NCBI GenBank assembly: GCA_038824665.1
Contig: JAWBBK010000005.1
Coordinates: forward strand, 1 to 64,000
Length of the DNA stretch: 64,000 nucleotides
From: Acidilobaceae archaeon
Lineage (GTDB): Archaea > Thermoproteota > Thermoprotei_A > Sulfolobales > Acidilobaceae
Direction of reading: 5' to 3'
Below, one piece after another: positions 57,944 to 64,000 of the stretch. Position numbers and translations under genes: made by a program. A model generated the notes under the pieces. It ran no database searches, was not told where the DNA came from, and was given only the letters and a program-made list of their open reading frames with translations. How positions within the stretch are numbered: position 1 is the stretch's first letter; every line of letters begins with the position of its first letter.

Positions 57944-58234
57944 TTATAACTTTGATAAAATGTTTTCCGTTTTACACTCTACTACGGTCTCGCCTAGCAC
58001 TTCAAAGCTTTCTATTCCTACTAGCTTGCTGAGATTGAGAAGAGATATGTTCAGATTAGGATTGTCTCTAAGACCTAAATAGACCTCGTAGAGTCCGCTT
58101 ACTTCATCAAGTCTTCTTCCGTAGATCCACTCTATGTCTACTAAAAGCTTTCGGAAATTGGCTATGATTACTTCTAAAAAGCTCGCATCTCTATAATATC
58201 CGAGAACCTTCACTATCCTGATCACGTTGCTCAT
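57944..58234 (-). CDS. ACT-type acetolactate synthase small subunit-like protein
   Basis: Lies between ilvB and ilvC; YRD...NFRK..VDI pattern. Confidence 0.6.
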   Translation of the reverse strand: MSNVIRIVKVLGYYRDASFLEVIIANFRKLLVDIEWIYGRRLDEVSGLYEVYLGLRDNPNLNISLLNLSKLVGIESFEVLGETVVECKTENILSKL

Positions 58235-58239
58235 TTAGC

Positions 58240-59952
58240 TCACCTAGGCGCAGAAACTATCATTCGCTTAAGACTTCCTCCTGGAGGTAACGTCGGTAAA
58301 GCCAGCTCTTCCGTCGGTATCGGAACTCTGATCACAGACGTGTTACCCGTTCTCAAAGACTTGGCTAGAGCTGTCTCTAGCTCCTCATAGCTTCTAGCGT
58401 CATAACCGTCAGCTCCGAAAGCTTCAGCAAGCTTCACGAAATCTGTGAGATAGCCTAAGTCGACAGCGATAAACCTCTTCCCTAAGAAGAGATCTTGGAC
58501 TTGACGGACTAGACCGAGGCTTCTGTTATCGAAAACCACCACTATAACTGGTAGGTTCTCTTCTACAGCTACAGCTAGATTTGTAGCTGTCATTAAAAGA
58601 GAGCCGTCGCCGTCTAGGTCTACTACTACTCTTTCAGGCTTAGCCGCTTTGGCACCTATCGCAGCTGGTAGTCCGAATCCCATAGTTCCCATGCCTCCTG
58701 AAGTCACAAAAGTCCCAGGCTCAAGGACGTCCCAGAACACCTCAGCCCACATCTGATGTTGACCTACTCCAGTCGTAATTATAGAACTCGGAGGTATGCT
58801 TTTTCTTATCGTTTTCATGACCTTCCAAGGCTTAAGTCCGCGACCTTCTTCTCGATAGTATATCTTTGAGTACTCTTCCCTTAACTCGAACACTCTTTTA
58901 ATCCATGTCTCATGTTTAGGTTTGTAGTCTGAAGATATTTGAGCTGAAATCGCTTCGAGAAGCGATGAGAGAGCTCTCTTAGCATCAGCCGTTATCGCAA
59001 CTTCTGGAGGTAATGGAAGCTTCTTGTGTTCTGTTGGGTCTCTGTTTATAAAGATTATCTTCTTGTCCTTCAGGTCTGACGCGTTAGGTAGGGTTCTATC
59101 GCTTATTCTAGCTCCTACCGCTATGACGACATCAGACTCAATAAAAGCCTCATTGGCCTCAGCTCTTCCGTAATACCCCATTACTCCTAGGTATAACGGA
59201 TGGTTGTGAGGTATAGCTGACTTGCCTAGTAGCGTAGACACCATAGGTATCCACAGCTTCTCAGAAAGCGTAAGGAGTTCGTCAGTAGCCCGAGACCAGA
59301 CAACACCGGCTCCAGCTAAGATCAAAGGCTTCTCTGCTTCAAACAGTAATCTGGTTGCTTTCTTTATCTCAAGCGGATCTATGACATCGATAAAGTCTCT
59401 GTAGCCAGGAACTATAGGTTCTTCTGGATACTTTACTTCGTCTACATCTTCTGTGAGGACGTCTCGCGGGACATCGATTACTACTGGCCCTTGTCTTCCG
59501 GTTGTCGCAATATAGAAAGAGTTTTTAATCCATAGAGGGATCTCCTCAGCTTTTCTTAATTGAACCACGAACTTGGCTGCGTCTTTGAATATGCCAATGA
59601 CGTCGGCTTCTTGAAAAGCCATCTTGCCTATAGAAGACTTAGGAACTTGTCCAGTTATCGCTATTAGGGGAGAGCTATCCCAATAAGCCGTAACTACGCC
59701 AGTCACTAGGTTCACAGCTCCAGGACCTGAGGTAGCTGTACAAACTCCAGGAAATCCAGAAACTCTTGAGTAAGCATCAGCAGCGTGAGCTGCTGCTTGT
59801 TCATGTCTTACTAGAATGCTTCTTATCTTTCCATTCTCTACATAGTCCAGCAAGGCATCATAAAACGCTAAATTCGATAAGCCGGGAACTCCAAAAATCA
59901 CTTTGACTCCTTCTCTAACGAGAGCCTCCGCTAAGAGTTTAGCTCCTTTCAT
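58240..59952 (-). CDS. ilvB: acetolactate synthase large subunit
   Basis: RHEQ, TSGPG, AFQE, GVGQHQMW, GDGS. Confidence 0.95.
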   Translation of the reverse strand: MKGAKLLAEALVREGVKVIFGVPGLSNLAFYDALLDYVENGKIRSILVRHEQAAAHAADAYSRVSGFPGVCTATSGPGAVNLVTGVVTAYWDSSPLIAITGQVPKSSIGKMAFQEADVIGIFKDAAKFVVQLRKAEEIPLWIKNSFYIATTGRQGPVVIDVPRDVLTEDVDEVKYPEEPIVPGYRDFIDVIDPLEIKKATRLLFEAEKPLILAGAGVVWSRATDELLTLSEKLWIPMVSTLLGKSAIPHNHPLYLGVMGYYGRAEANEAFIESDVVIAVGARISDRTLPNASDLKDKKIIFINRDPTEHKKLPLPPEVAITADAKRALSSLLEAISAQISSDYKPKHETWIKRVFELREEYSKIYYREEGRGLKPWKVMKTIRKSIPPSSIITTGVGQHQMWAEVFWDVLEPGTFVTSGGMGTMGFGLPAAIGAKAAKPERVVVDLDGDGSLLMTATNLAVAVEENLPVIVVVFDNRSLGLVRQVQDLFLGKRFIAVDLGYLTDFVKLAEAFGADGYDARSYEELETALAKSLRTGNTSVIRVPIPTEELALPTLPPGGSLKRMIVSAPR

Positions 59953-60174
59953 AAGCTTATCACCTTAGAGAACCTGAGACCTTCTTTTGACTTGGTCTTA
60001 ACTTTTGCTCTGAACCTGAGTTGTCTAAATGATAAGAAACTCATATTGAGGTGCTTATATTCAAAACCAAATATTGACACCGTAGTTCCAGGAGTTTAGT
60101 GAGAGACGCTTATAAGCGTTACTGAATATAGACTCACAGAGAAATTTTTTTAACCAGCAAACTGTGGGTTCGTA

Positions 60175-61392
60175 GTGGTGCTCCTGATTGTTGAAGCTAG
60201 GAGATTAGAGTTTTCCCAAGATTACGTCAGGATTTTAGACACAACTCTAAGAGACGGAGAGCAGATGCCAGGAATATCCTTAACTCCACAACAGAAGCTC
60301 GAGATAGCGTTAGCTTTAGAGGACGCAGGCGTAGACGCTATAGAGGCTGGCTACCCGGCTGTTAGCGAAGGCGAATTCAAAGCTGTCAGAGAGATCGCTC
60401 GAAACGTCTATAAGTCTGAGGTGATCGCTCTAGCCAGAGCCACAAAGAGTGACATAGATAAAGCTATAGAAGCAGAAGTTCCATCTGTACATCTCTTCAT
60501 AGCCACCTCAGAAATCCACATGAAGTACAAGCTAAAGATGAGTCCCGAAGAGGTCTTGGAGAAAGCTGTTTGGGCTGTAGACTACGCTAAGTCTCACGGC
60601 CTAACTGTAGAGTTCAGTGCTGAAGACTCTACCCGCTCGGACCCACGCTTTTTAGCGAAGGTGTTTCAAGCGGTAGTGGATACAGGAGCTTCGAGAATAG
60701 ATATAGCTGACACTGTAGGAGTAGCTACCCCCAGTAGCATGAAAAAACTGGTCGAGTATGTTTCAACAGAAGTCAAAGGAAGCTATATCATTAGCGTACA
60801 CTGTCACGACGATTTTGGAATGTCTGTAGCAAACAGTATATCGGCTGTAGAGGCTGGTGCTCGACAGGTTCACGTAACCGTATTAGGAGTAGGAGAGAGA
60901 GCAGGTAACGCTGCTCTTGAAGAAGTGGTAACGTCTCTAGAGTTTCTCTTAGGGTTTAAAACCAAAGTAAGGCTTAACGCTATACCTAAACTAGCGGAGC
61001 TAGTTTCTAAACACTACAAGCTAGTCATACCCCCAAACAAAGCTATAGTAGGAGCTAACGCGTTCGCTCACGAATCAGGCATCCATGTGCATGGAGTCTT
61101 AGTCAACCCTCTGACCTACGAGCCTCTTGATCCGTCGTTGCTTGGACTACAAAGGAAGATCGTAGTCGGCAAACACTCCGGTAGACACGCTATAGAACAT
61201 GTTCTCAAAAACTTAGGTATAGAGCCCAAGAAAGAAGTTGTTGATGCTGTTCTGCTAGAAGTAAAGAGATTCGGAGATATAGGTATAAGAGTCACCGATG
61301 ATGTCCTAATAGAAATAGTCAGAAAAGTAGTCAACGGACAAGGTGAAGTCTTTGAGGATAGCGGTGATCGAAGGAGATGGAATAGGACCTGA
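60175..61392 (+). CDS. leuA: 2-isopropylmalate synthase (short form, no regulatory domain)
   Basis: [26 protein letters not shown]. Confidence 0.88.
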   Translation: MVLLIVEARRLEFSQDYVRILDTTLRDGEQMPGISLTPQQKLEIALALEDAGVDAIEAGYPAVSEGEFKAVREIARNVYKSEVIALARATKSDIDKAIEAEVPSVHLFIATSEIHMKYKLKMSPEEVLEKAVWAVDYAKSHGLTVEFSAEDSTRSDPRFLAKVFQAVVDTGASRIDIADTVGVATPSSMKKLVEYVSTEVKGSYIISVHCHDDFGMSVANSISAVEAGARQVHVTVLGVGERAGNAALEEVVTSLEFLLGFKTKVRLNAIPKLAELVSKHYKLVIPPNKAIVGANAFAHESGIHVHGVLVNPLTYEPLDPSLLGLQRKIVVGKHSGRHAIEHVLKNLGIEPKKEVVDAVLLEVKRFGDIGIRVTDDVLIEIVRKVVNGQGEVFEDSGDRRRWNRT

Positions 61393-62410
61393 GGTCGTGA
61401 GAGCATCTATTCGTGTTTTAGCTGAAGCTGTAAGCCTTTGGGGTCTCCAAATCGAAGTAGTAACTGTAGAGGCTGGCGACTCTGCTCTAGCTAAATACGG
61501 AGACCCATTACCTCCTCAGTCAATGAAGGTTTTAGAAAAAGCCGACGTTATATTGAAAGGTCCTGTAGGCGAAAGCGCAGGTGACGTAGTAGTAAAGATA
61601 AGAAGAGGACTTGACCTCTACGCCAACATCAGACCGGCTAGATGTATCGTGAAGAACCTTTGTCTTAAAGATATAGACGTCTTAATAGTGAGAGAGAATA
61701 CCGAAGACGTATACGTTAGAGCCGAATACATGTTGCCAGACAACGTCGCTGTCGCTCTCAAAGTGATTAGTCGACACGCTAGTGAGAGAATAGCTAGAAC
61801 AGCTCTAGAGCTAGCTAGAACGAGGAGAAAACGCGTCACTATAGTTCACAAAGCCAACGTCCTTCCCATTACTGATGGTCTGTTTAGAAACGTAGCGAAA
61901 GAAGTGGCTAGAGCGTATCCCGAGGTCTCAGTAGACGAAGCCTACATAGACGCTGCTGTAATGGATTTAGTTAGAAGACCTGAGAGATTTGATGTAATAC
62001 TCACTACCAACCTTTACGGAGATATTCTCAGCGACCTAGCCGCTTACGTCAGCGGTAGCATCGGAATCACTCCTTCAGCTAACTTGGGAGACTCGAGAGC
62101 GATGTTTGAACCAGTACATGGAGCAGCTTTTGACATAGCCGGGAAAAACATAGCTAACCCTGCAGCTATGATCTTCTGTGTAGCTTGGAGTCTGAAATGG
62201 TTAGGAGAAAAGAGAAATGACGAAAAGCTAAGAGAAGCTGGACTCGCAATAGAACGTGCTGTCGAATCAGTGTTAATCGAAGGTAAAACCTTAACCCAAG
62301 ACCTTGGAGGCTCTTCGTCTACTCAAGACTTCGCTGAAGCTGTAGCTCGTAAAATAGTGGTGCGGGGGGTGGGATTTGAACCCACGCCGGCCTACGCCAA
62401 CGGGTCTTGA
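61343..62410 (+). CDS. leuB: 3-isopropylmalate dehydrogenase
   Basis: GDGIGPEV, ANIRP, RENTE, HKAN, NLYGDILSD, EPVHG.A.DIAG. Confidence 0.9.
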   Translation: MKSLRIAVIEGDGIGPEVVRASIRVLAEAVSLWGLQIEVVTVEAGDSALAKYGDPLPPQSMKVLEKADVILKGPVGESAGDVVVKIRRGLDLYANIRPARCIVKNLCLKDIDVLIVRENTEDVYVRAEYMLPDNVAVALKVISRHASERIARTALELARTRRKRVTIVHKANVLPITDGLFRNVAKEVARAYPEVSVDEAYIDAAVMDLVRRPERFDVILTTNLYGDILSDLAAYVSGSIGITPSANLGDSRAMFEPVHGAAFDIAGKNIANPAAMIFCVAWSLKWLGEKRNDEKLREAGLAIERAVESVLIEGKTLTQDLGGSSSTQDFAEAVARKIVVRGVGFEPTPAYANGS

Positions 62411-62445
62411 GCCCGCCCCCTTCGACCTGGCTCGGGCACCCCCGC
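62358..62445 (-). tRNA. tRNA-Leu(CAA)
   Basis: GCGGGGG...GCGGG CT CAA GA CCCGT, long variable arm, TTCAAAT...ACCA. Confidence 0.95.
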
Positions 62446-62502
62446 TTCAATTATAATCTCTAAGCTGAGCGTGCTTTAGTATTTTTAGATAAACGAAACC
62501 GT

Positions 62503-62563
62503 GCGGGTCGTTGTGGGCTTTTCGTCACTAAGCCCACGCAGTCAACGCCTAACTCATCCCCGC
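62503..62563 (-). ncRNA. atypical K-turn (C/D-like) RNA
   Basis: GCGGG-GAU-GA-GUU / AAC-GA-CCCGC K-turn; internal GTGGGCTT/AAGCCCAC hairpin; 11-nt segment antisense to recalled 16S helix 31. Confidence 0.6.
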
Positions 62564-62640
62564 CAGCGCTATCATGTTTTAGCGAACGGCTAAAACTTTG
62601 TATAATTCTATATTGTCTATTATTCGAGGGTGCTACTGAA

Positions 62641-62928
62641 TTGACAATTAAAGACGAGAGTTCTGCAATAGAGGTCTCTAGACTTTTAGACAAAGTCAGA
62701 GAGCTGAATAAAGAAGAACGTGAAACGCTTAATTACTTTTTGGAGAACATATCTGTCGGTTCTATAAGAGCTGTCAAAGAGCTAAAGCTTTCAGGAAAAG
62801 TCAGAGACCCGATTAGCGCTATAAGAAAACTTGTAGCGATGGGATTCTTGGAAGACGCAGGCGAGTGCTATAACCTAGCTAAGCCTTTAAGAGAATACGT
62901 GCTTGTGAGAGGAAAGCTCAGAGTGTGA
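62641..62928 (+). CDS. small winged-helix-like hypothetical protein
   Basis: IRKLVAMGFLE..G.CYNL pattern. Confidence 0.6.
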   Translation: MTIKDESSAIEVSRLLDKVRELNKEERETLNYFLENISVGSIRAVKELKLSGKVRDPISAIRKLVAMGFLEDAGECYNLAKPLREYVLVRGKLRV

Positions 62929-62951
62929 AGATTCGAGGTTATACCTCTTCA

Positions 62952-63407
62952 TCAAACGTGGTCTAATGTTCTGTAGAGTCGAGAAGACAACTTGTACCTC
63001 TTTAAGACTTTGTTAAGTTTAAGATATTCTATCACTCTCTCAACTACCCAGTGGTATCGGTAATCGCCTAAAGAAGGTCTGACTTTGAGCTTCCTGATCA
63101 CGGCTTTATACAATAAGGTTCCTCTTTCATCATAAACGTTTATATAGCCTTTAACTCTGCCATATAAGTTCCTGACTAATCTAAGCTGAACTGCATAACT
63201 TTCTGGAGAAACCTCTACGCTGATCACACAAGCTCTACCTTTTGAATAAACAGGTTTTACGAGTTCTGTCTCGATACAGAAAGATTCATCAAATGCCTTT
63301 ACAGAGTCTTTAGATACCACGAATGCCATTTTCTTTTCTATGTGCTTTCCTGTTCGGCTCCTAGAACTCTCGACGATAAGCTTAACTGACATCTCTCGCT
63401 CTCTCAA
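62952..63407 (-). CDS. basic hypothetical protein
   Basis: 151-aa ORF, SRSRTGKH...RKLKVR. Confidence 0.65.
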   Translation of the reverse strand: MREREMSVKLIVESSRSRTGKHIEKKMAFVVSKDSVKAFDESFCIETELVKPVYSKGRACVISVEVSPESYAVQLRLVRNLYGRVKGYINVYDERGTLLYKAVIRKLKVRPSLGDYRYHWVVERVIEYLKLNKVLKRYKLSSRLYRTLDHV

Positions 63408-63412
63408 AAACT

Positions 63413-63910
63413 TTATATGCTCTCATACTTCTTGAGAACGGCTAACAGGCCCTCTATACTATTAGTCTTACCGGACCTCCATATCTCGTACTTGATCACT
63501 CCCTCAGAGAGTTCTACTCTAACTTTAACAAGAGGTCTCTCAATTAAGACATATCTGGTTCCGTGTTCGTCCGTTAATATCTCTGCTTGTATACCTTCTA
63601 GCTTAAGCTTTCTCACCAACATGTCTAAAGTTATCTGATGTTCTTGTGTTTGAAAAGATTGTTTCTCGAGTTTTGTGATGTTCTTTAAAGCCTCTTCAGC
63701 TTTAATAGCTACTTCTGGACATGATTTCTCATAATCTTCTTTTAGCCTCTTTAAAGCCTCCTTCAGAACCCAAAGAGCATCTGTACTATTAGCGTAGCTC
63801 ACTATATTTCTCCACTCCTCGCTCTCAAAGAATTTGATAAGCCCTCTAGGGTCTCCTCCATAGATAGAAAATTTGAATCTATCCTCAGCTCTAGCCATTC
63901 TTTTCTTCAA
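63413..63910 (-). CDS. hypothetical protein
   Basis: 165-aa ORF, co-oriented with 62952-63407. Confidence 0.6.
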   Translation of the reverse strand: MKKRMARAEDRFKFSIYGGDPRGLIKFFESEEWRNIVSYANSTDALWVLKEALKRLKEDYEKSCPEVAIKAEEALKNITKLEKQSFQTQEHQITLDMLVRKLKLEGIQAEILTDEHGTRYVLIERPLVKVRVELSEGVIKYEIWRSGKTNSIEGLLAVLKKYESI

Positions 63911-64000
63911 CTCTTCAATAACAACAAGAGGAAGAGACCTACCTGACGACTCTTCTAGAAGTACCGTATTAAATATGTTTCTGAGGAAGTCTAACCGAGG

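Noticed and set aside
59949-60044. 31-codon uORF whose TGA overlaps the ilvB ATG
   Set aside because: No RBS, no run of BCAA codons, and the nearest TATA-like box would start transcription downstream of its ATG.

Overview
Gene-dense chromosomal window of a hyperthermophilic crenarchaeon, probably Desulfurococcales/Acidilobales-like. Evidence: reverse gyrase, Elf1, Alba, TFB, GGGP synthase, frequent TTG starts and a BHB-type tRNA intron. Core content: a tungsten AOR locus, lipid/isoprenoid genes, ahcY, a variant System I cytochrome c maturation operon facing an octahaem cytochrome, the pus10-rpl21e-rpoF-DUF655-rsmA-hemK cluster, three ABC exporters, queC, and a branched-chain amino acid (ilv/leu/cimA) cluster. 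I read four tRNAs (Ile2-CAU, Trp-CCA with a 30/31 intron, Arg-UCU, Leu-CAA) and five box C/D guide RNAs by eye, plus one atypical K-turn RNA. The best candidate for an undescribed system is a two-gene module at 29499-30729. It encodes a minimal transglycosylase (TGT) barrel that keeps every catalytic motif but has no Zn or PUA domain, coupled to a stand-alone Cys-rich ArcS/DUF5591-like protein, which suggests a 7-deazaguanine insertion-and-tailoring unit with an unknown DNA or RNA target. Other highlights: a CcmC-CcmE-like fusion; a decayed element integrated at tRNA-Arg with a transition-eroded att copy; a B3/4 editing-domain gene inside the ilv/leu cluster; leuB ending inside the antisense tRNA-Leu; an 18-aa K/E micropeptide; and four genes with 5'-proximal lesions (mobB, phoU-like, an ABC ATPase, cimA). 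All family calls come from motif recognition and rRNA targets from recalled consensus; no searches were run.
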